Assembly (NCBI GenBank): GCA_937997345.1
Contig: CALKTD010000009.1
Span: forward strand, 66,493 to 130,492
Length of the DNA: 64,000 nt
Direction: 5' to 3'
From: an uncultured Atopobium sp.
Lineage (GTDB): Bacteria; Actinomycetota; Coriobacteriia; Coriobacteriales; Atopobiaceae
The notes under the pieces were generated by a model. The model did no database searches. It saw only the letters and a list, made by a program, of their open reading frames with translations, and had not been told where the DNA came from. Of the stretch, positions 1-9,836 are shown one piece after another (the stretch's first letter is position 1; every line of letters starts with the position of its first letter). A program made the position numbers and the translations under genes.

Positions 1-1
1 C

Positions 2-958
2 AAGCGCTACGATGCTCTGCACCAGAAGGCGCTTGAGTGGGCGTCTAGGCTCAAGGATCGTGCGTCGCTGGCGGAGGCAGACTCCGAGACGCTGCGAGAG
101 ACCATCTCTGAGGCAAAAGACGCTGCTTCTGAAGCTGCGCTTGCAGTAGAAAAAGAGAAAGACGCCGCTAACCAGATTAGTGTTGAAATTGGCAAGCTTG
201 AGGTTCAGGTTCAAAACGCCATCAAGGCTATTCTTGCTACAGGCGCTTCTCTTGATGAGGCTTTGACGCTTCCAGAGCCAGAAGATAGAGAGCAGGCAGA
301 GCGCCTTGCTGCGTCGCTCAAGAGTCAGCTTGAGGCACTTGGCCCTGTCAACGCTGTTGCCATGGATGAGTACGAGCGCCTTAAAGAGCGTGCCGACTAC
401 ATTAACGAGCAGGTAGCTGACTTAGAGGCTGCTCGAACCTCACTGAAGAAGATTATTTCGGCGATTGACCGCAAGATGCGTAGTCGCTTCCTGGTTGTCT
501 TTGACCGCGTAAATCAGAACTTCTCCGAGATTTTCTCGATGCTGTTCCCTGGAGGTCATGCCCATATTGAGCTCACCGATCCAGACCATCTCTCCGAGAC
601 AGGTATTGAGATTGTGGCTCAGCCGCGCGGTAAGCGTATTACCAAGATGATGCTCATGTCAGGTGGCGAGAAGAGCCTCACTGCTCTGGCATTGCTCTTT
701 GCTGTGTATAGGACGCGCACTGTTCCGTTCTACGTTTTTGATGAGGTTGAGGCCGCGCTCGACGACGCCAACCTCTCCAAGTTGCTTGATGCCATTGAGC
801 AGCTCAAAGAGACTACTCAGCTGATTGTAATTTCTCACCAAAGGCGCACCATGGAGCAGGCAGATGTACTGTATGGTGTATCCATGCAGGCAGATGGTGT
901 CAGCCATGTTGTCTCTCAGAGGCTTGATAAGACAACCGGAAAGGTAGTTGATATCTAA
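2..958 (+). CDS. smc: Chromosome segregation protein SMC, C-terminal part (5' end lies outside the window)
   Basis: The frame is open from base 2. A coiled-coil-like Ala/Glu/Leu-rich stretch is followed by the ABC-type C-terminal head: signature MSGGEKSLTALALLFA and Walker B PFYVFDEVEAALDD. The stop overlaps the ftsY start (TAATG). Confidence 0.9.
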   Translation, partial: KRYDALHQKALEWASRLKDRASLAEADSETLRETISEAKDAASEAALAVEKEKDAANQISVEIGKLEVQVQNAIKAILATGASLDEALTLPEPEDREQAERLAASLKSQLEALGPVNAVAMDEYERLKERADYINEQVADLEAARTSLKKIISAIDRKMRSRFLVVFDRVNQNFSEIFSMLFPGGHAHIELTDPDHLSETGIEIVAQPRGKRITKMMLMSGGEKSLTALALLFAVYRTRTVPFYVFDEVEAALDDANLSKLLDAIEQLKETTQLIVISHQRRTMEQADVLYGVSMQADGVSHVVSQRLDKTTGKVVDI

Positions 959-1863
959 TGGGTTTTATGGACAATCTTCGCCGCGGTCTTGAGCGTTCTC
1001 GTGAGACTTTAAGCGAAATCTTTTATATGGGTGGAGAGGTCACCGAAGACTTTTGGGATGACCTTGAGGATACGTTGGTTATGGGAGATATGGGTGCTGA
1101 GGTGGCAATGCGTGTCACCGATGACCTGCGTGAGCGTGCGGCGCGAGAAAACCTTATGCGCTCCGATCAGCTTCGCCGCGCCCTTGTGGAGCGCCTTACG
1201 GCAGAGTTTCCTGTTGCAGAAAGAGATCCTTTTACGGATACGCCCTCTATTGTTTTGTTTGTAGGCATTAACGGTGCTGGTAAAACTACCACTGTTGGTA
1301 AGATTGCTGGTCGTGCACATGCTAATGGCGTAAAGACTTTGATTGGCGGTGCTGACACCTTCCGTGCGGCTGCAATTGAGCAGCTGCAGGTATGGGGAGA
1401 GCGTTCTGGTATTGAGGTAGTAACCAAAGAGCGTGGCGCTGATCCTGCAAGCGTTTGTTTTGAGGTTGTTGAAACGGCAGAAAAACAAGGCACTGAGCTG
1501 GTGCTTATTGATACTGCCGGACGTCTGCACACTTCATCCGATCTTATGCGTGAACTTGCTAAAGTTGTTTCGGTTACCAGAAAGCGCGCAGGGGATATTC
1601 CCGTGAGTGTTGTCTTGGTTATTGATGCAACTACCGGTCAAAATGGCCTTAACCAGGCAAAAGAGTTCAATGACGCCCTGTCTTTGGATGGTCTTATTGT
1701 CACAAAGCTTGATGGCACCGCAAAGGGAGGAATTGCTCTGGCAATTTCTAACCAGCTTAACCTGCCTATTTATCGTATTGGTGTGGGCGAGTCAATTGAT
1801 GATCTTCAGACATTTGACGCTCGTTCATTCTGTGAAGCACTTGTTGGTGAGGGAGTTCAGTAA
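958..1863 (+). CDS. ftsY: Signal recognition particle receptor FtsY
   Basis: SRP-type GTPase motifs GINGAGKTTTVGKIA, DTAGRLH and TKLDGTAKGG. It lies directly upstream of ffh with a TAATG overlap. Confidence 0.95.
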   Translation: MGFMDNLRRGLERSRETLSEIFYMGGEVTEDFWDDLEDTLVMGDMGAEVAMRVTDDLRERAARENLMRSDQLRRALVERLTAEFPVAERDPFTDTPSIVLFVGINGAGKTTTVGKIAGRAHANGVKTLIGGADTFRAAAIEQLQVWGERSGIEVVTKERGADPASVCFEVVETAEKQGTELVLIDTAGRLHTSSDLMRELAKVVSVTRKRAGDIPVSVVLVIDATTGQNGLNQAKEFNDALSLDGLIVTKLDGTAKGGIALAISNQLNLPIYRIGVGESIDDLQTFDARSFCEALVGEGVQ

Positions 1864-3242
1864 TGTTTAACAGCCTGCAAGATAGACTGCAAAATACATT
1901 TTCCGCTCTGCGCGGAAAGGGCCGTCTCACTGAGGACGATATCAATTCAGCCATGCGAGAAATTCGCATGGCTCTTCTCGAGGCTGACGTTAACTACAAG
2001 GTAGTTAAAGAGTTTGTTGGTCGCTGTAAAGAGCAGTGCATGACCGCTGACGTGCTAGAGTCTCTGTCTCCAGCTCAAAATGTTGTCCGCATTGTTCTGG
2101 ACGAGCTCACGGCGCTGCTTGGTTCAACCGAGTCCAAGCTTACGTTGGCACAGAATCGCATTCCAAATGTCATCATGCTTGTTGGTCTTCAGGGCTCTGG
2201 TAAGACAACCGCAGCTGCAAAGCTTGCTTACCTGCTTAAGTCCCAGGGAAAGAATCCTTTGCTTGCTGCCTGCGACGTCCATCGTCCTGCAGCAGCAGAT
2301 CAGCTTGAAACGCTTGGTTCCGAGATTGGTGTGCCTGTATATCGTGGTGATGGCAAAGATGCCGTTGCTATTGCGTCTCAGGCTATCCAGGAAGCTGTTG
2401 ACCACCTCAACGACCTGGTAATTGTCGATACCGCTGGTCGTCTTCAAATTGACGAAGAAATGATGGAAGAGGCCGTTGCTATCAAACGCGCCGTCAAACC
2501 AGACCAGATTCTTATGGTTGTCGATGCCATGACCGGCCAGGATATTGTCAATGTTGTTAGCACCTTCGCCGAGCGCGTAGACTTTGACGGCGTTATCATG
2601 TCCAAGCTTGATGGCGATGCTCGTGGTGGTGGCGCACTTTCCGTACGTGAGGTTACTGGCAAGCCTATCAAGTTTGTTTCTATGGGCGAGAAGCCCGATT
2701 CACTTGAGGTTTTCCACCCAGATCGTATGGCCAAGCGCATCCTTGGCATGGGTGACGTTATCTCTATTGTCGAGAAGGCCCAGCAGGCAGCAGACGAGAA
2801 GCAGGTTGAAGATGCTGAGCGCATGTTGCGCGAAGGCTTTACTATGGATGACCTGCTTAATCAGATGAATCAGATTCGCAAGATGGGCGGTCTTGCCAAG
2901 CTTATTGGTGCTCTACCTGGTGGTGACCGCATGATGGCCCAGCAGGGCGGTATAGACGACAGTTCTATGGGAAAGATTGAAGCCATCATTCATTCGATGA
3001 CAAAAGAAGAGCGTGCACGACCAAAGATTATTAACGGTCAGCGCCGTCGTCGTATTTCTATGGGTTCTGGTCGTAGCGTCCAAGAAGTCAATCAGCTTAT
3101 TCGTCAGTGGGGAGAGATGAATAAGATGATGGGCAAGATGAAGGCTATGACTCAGGGCGGTAATGCCAAGAAGGGTCGCCGTGCCATGGAGTCTATGATG
3201 AAGAACATGGGCTTTGGCGGAGGTCAAATGCCTCGTTTCTAG
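1863..3242 (+). CDS. ffh: Signal recognition particle protein Ffh
   Basis: Motifs GLQGSGKTTAAAKLA, DTAGRLQ and SKLDGDARGG, plus a Met-rich C-terminal M domain (MNKMMGKMKAMTQ). Confidence 0.97.
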   Translation: MFNSLQDRLQNTFSALRGKGRLTEDDINSAMREIRMALLEADVNYKVVKEFVGRCKEQCMTADVLESLSPAQNVVRIVLDELTALLGSTESKLTLAQNRIPNVIMLVGLQGSGKTTAAAKLAYLLKSQGKNPLLAACDVHRPAAADQLETLGSEIGVPVYRGDGKDAVAIASQAIQEAVDHLNDLVIVDTAGRLQIDEEMMEEAVAIKRAVKPDQILMVVDAMTGQDIVNVVSTFAERVDFDGVIMSKLDGDARGGGALSVREVTGKPIKFVSMGEKPDSLEVFHPDRMAKRILGMGDVISIVEKAQQAADEKQVEDAERMLREGFTMDDLLNQMNQIRKMGGLAKLIGALPGGDRMMAQQGGIDDSSMGKIEAIIHSMTKEERARPKIINGQRRRRISMGSGRSVQEVNQLIRQWGEMNKMMGKMKAMTQGGNAKKGRRAMESMMKNMGFGGGQMPRF

Positions 3243-3348
3243 GCGTTGCTAGTAAATAAATTTATATAAGAATTGCTTATATCGAGTAATATCCCTACTG
3301 CATTTTGTTAAACATGGTAAACTCTCTCAAAAGCAGTAGGGAGTATTT

Positions 3349-3729
3349 ATGTCAATTAAACGTGTCGCCTTTATGGCACTAGGTTGTATAAGCTTGGCAC
3401 TTGCTGTGCTTGGTGTAGTGCTTCCCATTTTGCCAACTGTTCCATTTTTGGCACTTGCTGCATTTTGCTTTGCAAAATCATCCGACCGACTCAATAATTG
3501 GCTTATTAATACAAAGTTTTATCAAAATAATCTTGATGATTTTAAAGCTGGAAAAGGGATGACTGTTAAGACTAAAACACACATCCTTGTTACAGTAACC
3601 TTGGTCATGGCTGTAGGTCTTATTGCCATGCTTATGAAAGGCGTTATTGTTGGTAGTATTATCCTTGTCATTGTTTGGCTAGGCCATATTTATTATTTTG
3701 GTTTTAAAGTCAAAACTATTGAAGAGTAA
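3349..3729 (+). CDS. DUF454/YbaN-family small inner-membrane protein
   Basis: 126 aa. The LGVVLPILPTVPFLALAAFCFAKSS motif is typical of YbaN-like proteins, and there are further hydrophobic helices. An AGGGAG RBS lies 5 nt upstream. The region is AT-rich. Confidence 0.7.
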   Translation: MSIKRVAFMALGCISLALAVLGVVLPILPTVPFLALAAFCFAKSSDRLNNWLINTKFYQNNLDDFKAGKGMTVKTKTHILVTVTLVMAVGLIAMLMKGVIVGSIILVIVWLGHIYYFGFKVKTIEE

Positions 3730-3789
3730 ACAATTGTTACAATAGCTTCTAGTTAGTTTCATTATTATTCGGTAATGATGAGATGACTG

Positions 3790-4455
3790 ATGATGCAGCG
3801 TAGGAAAAGAGTTATTGTAGGCATAATATTGCTGTTAGCTGGGCTGATAATAGGCCTAATGGTGTTCTATAAACCAAAAAATGTATCATCACTTCAAATA
3901 ACAAATTTAAAGAAATCGGCCGCACAATGTGTTGCTAGTCAGCTCAACACATTTAATGATTACAGTAAAGAACTGGGGCCAGAGTATAACTATTTGAAGA
4001 TAGATAGCATCGAAGATCTTGAGATATCAGGTCCTATTTTATGTGCTACAAAAATGGAAAATGGAGATATTGCAACAACAGGACTCTTGTGGGTCATCAG
4101 TAGGAATAACAAGTTGGTAGCAGTTGTTGATCAGGATATATATACATTATCTATACTTACAAATTTTGGATTTTCTATCAATCAAAGAATGTTTCAAATG
4201 AACATTCCTTTACTTGAAGAAATGCATACACGAGGATTACCCGTCATAAAGTGGAGCGTTCAAAATGCAAGTGGTGGAGAAATGTACCTATCAGACGGGT
4301 TGTTAGGTTCACATGCATATAACAATATTACTAATATTGGTATTAGGCAAAGTGATTCTGATTATCCTTCTGCCAGTTCGTTGATTACTTCTCGCTTAGG
4401 TTCAGAGTATCTTGATTTTATGGCAAACAAAGAGCGTGTTGTAGATCTTTTGTAA
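3790..4455 (+). CDS. Hypothetical membrane-anchored protein of unknown family
   Basis: 221-aa ORF with an N-terminal anchor (RRKRVIVGIILLLAGLIIGLMVF) followed by a soluble domain with no motif I recognise. It is AT-rich and is followed by a strong hairpin. Confidence 0.5.
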   Translation: MMQRRKRVIVGIILLLAGLIIGLMVFYKPKNVSSLQITNLKKSAAQCVASQLNTFNDYSKELGPEYNYLKIDSIEDLEISGPILCATKMENGDIATTGLLWVISRNNKLVAVVDQDIYTLSILTNFGFSINQRMFQMNIPLLEEMHTRGLPVIKWSVQNASGGEMYLSDGLLGSHAYNNITNIGIRQSDSDYPSASSLITSRLGSEYLDFMANKERVVDLL

Positions 4456-4463
4456 GGCAAAAA

Positions 4464-4498
4464 ATGCACACTTCAGAATTATTTTCTGAAGTGTGCAT
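4464..4498. terminator. Bidirectional stem-loop between convergent genes
   Basis: ATGCACACTTCAGAA-ttatt-TTCTGAAGTGTGCAT forms a perfect 15-bp stem. It is flanked by an A-run upstream and a T-rich tract downstream. Confidence 0.65.
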
Positions 4499-4520
4499 AA
4501 TTTTATTCTCTAAGAAAAAC

Positions 4521-6287
4521 CTAGTAGTGAATGATAACTGGATCTCCGTCTTTGGCAATATCAAAGAGTTTTTGAGCATTGTCATAGCTTAGGTTAATAC
4601 AGCCATGGCTACCACCAGTTTTGTAGATATTTCCACCAAATGCACTTCTCCATGGAGCGTTGTGGAAGCCAGCTTCTTGACCCTTTACGCCAAGCCAGAA
4701 ATCAACCTTTGTATCCCATCCTGGACGACCTGACTCATCGTTTGGTCCCAAGAGGCGAGCGTCTCTAATGTGGCTGGTGATATACCAGACTCCTTCTGGA
4801 GTGTTGTGATGTCCGTCTGGAATACCTGTTACTACATCGGCTTCCCAAAGAATTGTTCCATCATCACCATAAAGAACAGCATGCTGAGTAGTAAGGTCAA
4901 CATCAATATAACGACCGCCCCAGTCCTGCTCGCCCTGTTTAGTAAATGTATCAGCCGACTGTTTTGTAGGCAGTTCAATCTTTGTTGCCTGACCAGCTGA
5001 CAGACCGTCAGAGATAGCTTTTACAGCAGCATCATTATCAATAACCCAACCGTAAGCACCAGCGGCCTTTGTAGTAAATTCTTTTCCATCCCAACGCTTA
5101 TAGGTTCTTGAAGTTCCGCGAGTATCTACTGCAGGAGCAAGTGTCTCGTTGACCCATTTGGTAATGGCGTCTGTATCAAATGAAATAGAGAGATTCTCAT
5201 CAAACTTAATCCAGCTAGCAATGGTGTCTTGATCAAGCTGATATGCAGCAGAATCACCCAGCATCAAATCAACTGCAGAGGCAACGTATGAATTAGCTGT
5301 CTTCAAGGCCGTATCAAGGTCTTCTGCACTTATGAGGCTTTCTGGGCCAAGCTGTACGGTAGTGCTCAGATTATCAAAAGCGGTTTGCAAGTCTTTATGG
5401 ATACCCTCAAGCGAGAGCCTTGTAGCAATAGCATCGTCAGCAAAAATAAACTTTTTAGCAGAGCTATCGTAGGTGATGCCATTATTTTCAAGAGTATGAG
5501 CAGATTCTTTTGCTTGTTCAATTCTTTGGTTAAAAAGTGCGTCTGCCTTGCTTGTATCGTACGAAGCGGTAGCGTGTGGGCTCAAGGATCTGCTACGATT
5601 AAGCTCCAGTGGCCACATCCAAGGATTCTGCTGGCTAATAGCATCGCGAGCATATCCTGCTGCGTCGTACGTCAAATCAATGTCAGAGGCCTTGATGGTT
5701 AAATCTACGCCGTTTCCAGAGACGTGGACGGAGTAATTTGAGGCCTCGTTTGCTCTAGATGTCTGTAAATCTGAAGCTGGTTTTAAGGAGTAGTCCTTAC
5801 CATAAATGCTGGTTTGAGGCATAAAGAAGAAGTTAAAGAAGATTGCTCCACCCACATACACGAGGGCGAGAATACCAACAAGTACTGCAGGTATCTTCCA
5901 CCACTGATGTTTCTTGTGTACAACAGGAACTTCTTCTTTTTCTCCAAGCTCTGCGCTATCAAGGGGAGCAATGACAGTCAAATCATCAGCTTGCTCTTCC
6001 GGCGCTTCCGCTGATTGTAAAGAGTCATTAAGCTGATTGGCCTTTACCTGCTCTTTATTGAGAGCAATGTACATATCAGTATCGCCAAGGCTTGGTACTG
6101 AGTCTTTAAGAGAAGGTGCTTTCTTTGTAGCTTCCTCTGAGGAAAGAGGTTGTAGGTTAGCGGTATGAGAAGCAGAGCTTTTTGCAAAGTGCTTAGCCAA
6201 GGAGCACTCCTTATAAAAATACGAAGTTGCACAGCAAGAATCAGTGTGTTTTGACAAACAGACTTTCTGTAAATGAGTCAAAGACAC
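4521..6287 (-). CDS. L,D-transpeptidase (YkuD catalytic domain) with a TM anchor and a long linker or PG-binding region; start uncertain
   Basis: The C-terminal YkuD motif is GFHNAPW...GGSHGCINLSYDNAQKLFD. The TM segment is WWKIPAVLVGILALVYVGGAIFFNFFF. An alternative start is the ATG at 6074 (MYIALNK). Confidence 0.8.
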   Translation of the reverse strand: MSLTHLQKVCLSKHTDSCCATSYFYKECSLAKHFAKSSASHTANLQPLSSEEATKKAPSLKDSVPSLGDTDMYIALNKEQVKANQLNDSLQSAEAPEEQADDLTVIAPLDSAELGEKEEVPVVHKKHQWWKIPAVLVGILALVYVGGAIFFNFFFMPQTSIYGKDYSLKPASDLQTSRANEASNYSVHVSGNGVDLTIKASDIDLTYDAAGYARDAISQQNPWMWPLELNRSRSLSPHATASYDTSKADALFNQRIEQAKESAHTLENNGITYDSSAKKFIFADDAIATRLSLEGIHKDLQTAFDNLSTTVQLGPESLISAEDLDTALKTANSYVASAVDLMLGDSAAYQLDQDTIASWIKFDENLSISFDTDAITKWVNETLAPAVDTRGTSRTYKRWDGKEFTTKAAGAYGWVIDNDAAVKAISDGLSAGQATKIELPTKQSADTFTKQGEQDWGGRYIDVDLTTQHAVLYGDDGTILWEADVVTGIPDGHHNTPEGVWYITSHIRDARLLGPNDESGRPGWDTKVDFWLGVKGQEAGFHNAPWRSAFGGNIYKTGGSHGCINLSYDNAQKLFDIAKDGDPVIIHY

Positions 6288-6514
6288 ATTTGTTTAGTGT
6301 AGTGCATATTCACCACATATTTTATGGAACTTACGTGGAATTATTCTCAAGTTGCCGTACAGGCTGCGATCATGTGCTCTTCTGTTTTTCTCGCCTCTCT
6401 GAGTTTCCTCCTTAAGAGAAAACAGTTACAGAAGTAATTCAAGAATACATGGCACTGTTCTAGCCTCAAGAGTGAGAGAATACTGTCTACCAAGAGGCGA
6501 GAGGTGCGTTATTT

Positions 6515-7348
6515 ATGGCTACATATCCGGTTATTCAGTTAGATTCAGCTGACGACAGTCGCCTTGATATGTATGTTCGATTGACTGATAACCAGCTTCG
6601 TAATCGCCTTGATCCGTCTCGCGGCGTCATGATTTGCGAGTCACATTTTGTGATTGAAACTGCGCTTGCCGCAGGTTGCAGGCCACTCTCGTTTCTTGCA
6701 AACACTTCTCATACAGACAATATTTTACAGATTGTCGAGAAGTTCCATTTTCTGTCAGATGACGTTCCTATTTTCATTCTTCCAGACGAGCAGCTTACGC
6801 AGCTTATTGGCTATAAGATGAATAGAGGAGTGCTTTGTGCCATGAGGAGACCTCAAGGCGCAACGCTAGAAGAGATTCTAAGCTCGTCAAAGCATATTGC
6901 CGTTCTGGAAAATCTAGTAGATGTCAACAACGTTGGCGCTGTCTTTAGGTCAGCTGCGGCACTTAATGTTGATGCTGTTATCTTGACTGCTAAATGTGCC
7001 GACAACCTCTCTAGGCGCGTTCTGCGTGTTTCTATGGGAACGGTTCTTAATGTGCCTTGGACTCGCCTGGATGAAGAGACAACCTCACTGGATCTTATAG
7101 AAAAGCTCAAGGCTCATTCTTTTACCACTTGTGCTCTTGCGCTTACAGATTCTGCAGTACCTCTAAATAAAGAGCTGATAAAAGACAAAAAAGCCGCGTT
7201 ATTCTTTGGCAGTGAAGGCTATGGTCTTGACGAGAAAACCATTGAGGCTTGTGACATTGCTACTATCATTCCTATGTCTCATCAGGTGGATTCTCTTAAC
7301 GTTGCCGCATCATCTGCTGTTGCTTTTTGGGAGCTCTTTGCTCGATAG
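6515..7348 (+). CDS. SpoU/TrmH-family RNA 2'-O-methyltransferase
   Basis: SPOUT motifs NVGAVFRSAAALNVD, LFFGSEGYGLDE and IPMSHQVDSLNVAASSAVAFWE. Confidence 0.85.
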   Translation: MATYPVIQLDSADDSRLDMYVRLTDNQLRNRLDPSRGVMICESHFVIETALAAGCRPLSFLANTSHTDNILQIVEKFHFLSDDVPIFILPDEQLTQLIGYKMNRGVLCAMRRPQGATLEEILSSSKHIAVLENLVDVNNVGAVFRSAAALNVDAVILTAKCADNLSRRVLRVSMGTVLNVPWTRLDEETTSLDLIEKLKAHSFTTCALALTDSAVPLNKELIKDKKAALFFGSEGYGLDEKTIEACDIATIIPMSHQVDSLNVAASSAVAFWELFAR

Positions 7349-7381
7349 CTTTGGTGGAATGCCTTTAATTGCGGTACAAAA

Positions 7382-7411
7382 AACGGCCATCTACAAGCGC
7401 AGATGGCCGTT
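7382..7411. terminator. Bidirectional intrinsic terminator (methyltransferase gene / ftsH)
   Basis: AACGGCCATCT-acaagcgc-AGATGGCCGTT forms an 11-bp stem. An A-run precedes it and a T-rich tract follows. It lies between convergent stop codons. Confidence 0.65.
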
Positions 7412-7431
7412 TCACTTTGTTGATGAGAAAG

Positions 7432-9366
7432 TTACTCTGCTGAAGGAGTAGAGGAACTCTCTTCATTGGTGTTCTCAACTACTGGTGCAAAGGTATTCTC
7501 CCGCTTGAGGATGTTCATGAACTCCTCGCCGGTAATAGTCTCCTTCTTCTGCAGGTAGTGAGCAATTTCATGCAGCTTAAAGCGGTTCTCTTTAAGCGTC
7601 TGGAGTGCACGCTGGTGGCCCTCTTCAACAATGCGTCTAACTTCAGCATCGATCTCTTCAGCGGTTGCCTCAGAGCAGGTGAGGGAAGAGCCGCCACCAA
7701 GATAACGGCTTTGCTGCTGGCTGAGGGTAACCATGCCAAGTTTGTCAGACATACCGTATTGCGTAACCATAGCGCGAGCAATTGCTGTTGCACGCTCAAT
7801 ATCGTTGGAAGCGCCATTGGTCATCTCGCCAAAGATAAGTTCTTCAGCTGCGCGTCCACCACAGAGAACAGCAATCTCATCCATTGCCTGGCTTTTGCTC
7901 ATTAGATAACGCTCATCATCCTCAACCTGCATGGTAAAGCCAAGAGCTCCGCCAGTACGAGGAACAATAGTGATCTTAGTAACAGGAGCATCGTTTTTCT
8001 GAATGGCGCCCACAATTGCATGGCCAGTCTCGTGATAGGCTACAACGTCTTTCTCGTGCTCAGAGAGAACAGTATTCTTCTTCTTTGCGCCGGCAATAAC
8101 AACGTCAACGGACTCAGCAAGGTCTTCAGTGGTAACACGACGGCGACCAAAGCGAACAGCACGAAGAGCTGCCTCGTTGATGATGTTTGCGAGGTCTGCT
8201 CCGGATGCGCCTGGTGTGGACTTAGCAATAATAGAGAGGTCAACGCCTGGCTCCATCTTTACATCATTGGCGTGAATCTGAAGAACTGCCTCACGACCTT
8301 TAAGGTCTGGAAGCTCAACAGGAATACGGCGGTCAAAACGGCCAGGACGCAAAAGCGCCTTGTCCAAGGTTTCTGGGCGGTTGGTTGCTGCAAGAACAAC
8401 AATACCCTTGTGGTTATCAAAGCCGTCCATCTCAGAGAGCAGCTGGTTTAAGGTCTGCTCACGCTCATCGTTGGAATTGAGAGAAGCATCACGGCGCTTA
8501 CCAACCGCATCAATCTCGTCAATAAAGATGATGCAAGGTGCCTTCTCATTTGCTTGTTTGAAGAGGTCACGGACTTTAGCGGCTCCGCGTCCAACAAACA
8601 TCTCAACAAACTCAGAGCCAGCAATCTGGAAGAAAGGCACGCCGGCTTCACCAGCAACTGCCTTAGCAATGAGGGTTTTACCAGTACCTGGAGGGCCTAC
8701 AAGCAAGGCACCACGAGGGCAGCGAGCACCAATCTCTTTGTATTTATCAGGAGTCTTAAGGAAGCTAACAATCTCTTGCATAGATTCTTTAGCCTCTTCT
8801 TGACCAGCAACGTCTTTAAACGTAATGCCCGTGTCTTCTCCCTTAATTTCTTTTGCGCTTGAGCGGCCAAGATTGCCGCCAAGACCTCCGAAGCCGCCAC
8901 CAAAGTTCATGGAAGGGCCATCGTCACCCATGGCGCGTTTAAGGGATCGGTTGATAAAGTAGCCAATGCTCAAGAAGATGACAAGAGGGATTCCATACTG
9001 AATAAGGGCATAGAGCAGCATATTTGTAGAGTTGTCAGGAATAGAAGCCGAGAAATCAACTTTGTGGTCTCTAAGCGTCTGAACCAGCGTTGAATCATTA
9101 GGGAACTGCGTGGTCTCAAAGACCTTCTCGGAATCTCCAGAGCCAGTTGTGAACCGAATGTTTCTGTTGCCAGTATTAAGATCTACCTTGGTAACTTCAT
9201 TGTTATCAATCTTGTTAAGGAACTCACTGTACGAGACAGTTTGTACCTGTTGACGCAAAAGTCCTGGTAATAATGTGTTGCTAAGCAGGAGATATACAAA
9301 GATGGCTACTGCAATATAGAGTAGCATCGACATAGATCTACGGTGCTTGTTATCGTTATTTGCCAT
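7432..9366 (-). CDS. ftsH: ATP-dependent zinc metalloprotease FtsH
   Basis: Two N-terminal TM helices, AAA+ Walker [19 protein letters not shown], Walker [10 protein letters not shown], and the zinc site HETGHAIV. Confidence 0.97.
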   Translation of the reverse strand: MANNDNKHRRSMSMLLYIAVAIFVYLLLSNTLLPGLLRQQVQTVSYSEFLNKIDNNEVTKVDLNTGNRNIRFTTGSGDSEKVFETTQFPNDSTLVQTLRDHKVDFSASIPDNSTNMLLYALIQYGIPLVIFLSIGYFINRSLKRAMGDDGPSMNFGGGFGGLGGNLGRSSAKEIKGEDTGITFKDVAGQEEAKESMQEIVSFLKTPDKYKEIGARCPRGALLVGPPGTGKTLIAKAVAGEAGVPFFQIAGSEFVEMFVGRGAAKVRDLFKQANEKAPCIIFIDEIDAVGKRRDASLNSNDEREQTLNQLLSEMDGFDNHKGIVVLAATNRPETLDKALLRPGRFDRRIPVELPDLKGREAVLQIHANDVKMEPGVDLSIIAKSTPGASGADLANIINEAALRAVRFGRRRVTTEDLAESVDVVIAGAKKKNTVLSEHEKDVVAYHETGHAIVGAIQKNDAPVTKITIVPRTGGALGFTMQVEDDERYLMSKSQAMDEIAVLCGGRAAEELIFGEMTNGASNDIERATAIARAMVTQYGMSDKLGMVTLSQQQSRYLGGGSSLTCSEATAEEIDAEVRRIVEEGHQRALQTLKENRFKLHEIAHYLQKKETITGEEFMNILKRENTFAPVVENTNEESSSTPSAE

Positions 9367-9554
9367 ACACGTCCCTTTACCTGTTTTTGCTCAAATGTGA
9401 TATGAGCTCACTTAGATATTGGAATTGTTGTACCCACTCTTCATTTTTTATTTCTACAAAATTTTAAAAACTGAATTTCACGTAATTTGTTAAAAACGGT
9501 TTGCGCGTACGTATTACTTAGTTCAATGAGGGCAAGACGTGATAGTATTACTAA

Positions 9555-9816
9555 CACAAGCTGTGATGAGGACAGTAGCTGGGTAGCGCAAATCTCAAGC
9601 GAGCGGAGTTGGTGGAAGTCCGCATTTGCGTCCGTGTGAACATCACCTCGGAGCTGCAGTTCAAACGTACAAGTGTGTTTTGTATTAGTAGATGCTGCCG
9701 GAAATGGTCGCCGTGACAGGCCAGCCGAGTAAACGGACAAATCCGTCGCTGGGTGGTTACAACGAAGTGTATTGTGGCGCTTCGTCCCAGCTGTAAGGGA
9801 CGGGCGCTTTATTTGT
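9555..9816 (+). promoter_or_regulatory. T-box leader RNA (Ile specifier AUC) with antiterminator and intrinsic terminator, upstream of ileS
   Basis: Stem I elements present: K-turn-like TGATGAG, AGTA, AG-bulge AGCGAG and distal loop TTGGTGGAAG. The specifier loop is GAAC-ATC-A, with AUC at 9642-9644. The T-box core is GCTGGGTGGTTACAACG. In the antiterminator, GCTGGG pairs with CCCAGC around a UGGU bulge, and ACGAAG pairs with CTTCGT. The competing terminator is GCGCTTCGTCCC-agctgtaa-GGGACGGGCGC followed by TTTATTTGT (9777-9816). Confidence 0.8.
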
Positions 9817-9836
9817 GCCCAGAAAGGTTGTGCTTG

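Noticed and set aside
9441-9836. A 99-aa minus-strand ORF (9441-9740) and the 28-codon 5' extension of ileS (9753-9836).
   Set aside because: Both overlap the T-box leader RNA, whose conserved elements explain the sequence. The ileS N-terminus MANEYKK aligns with the canonical start and has an RBS.
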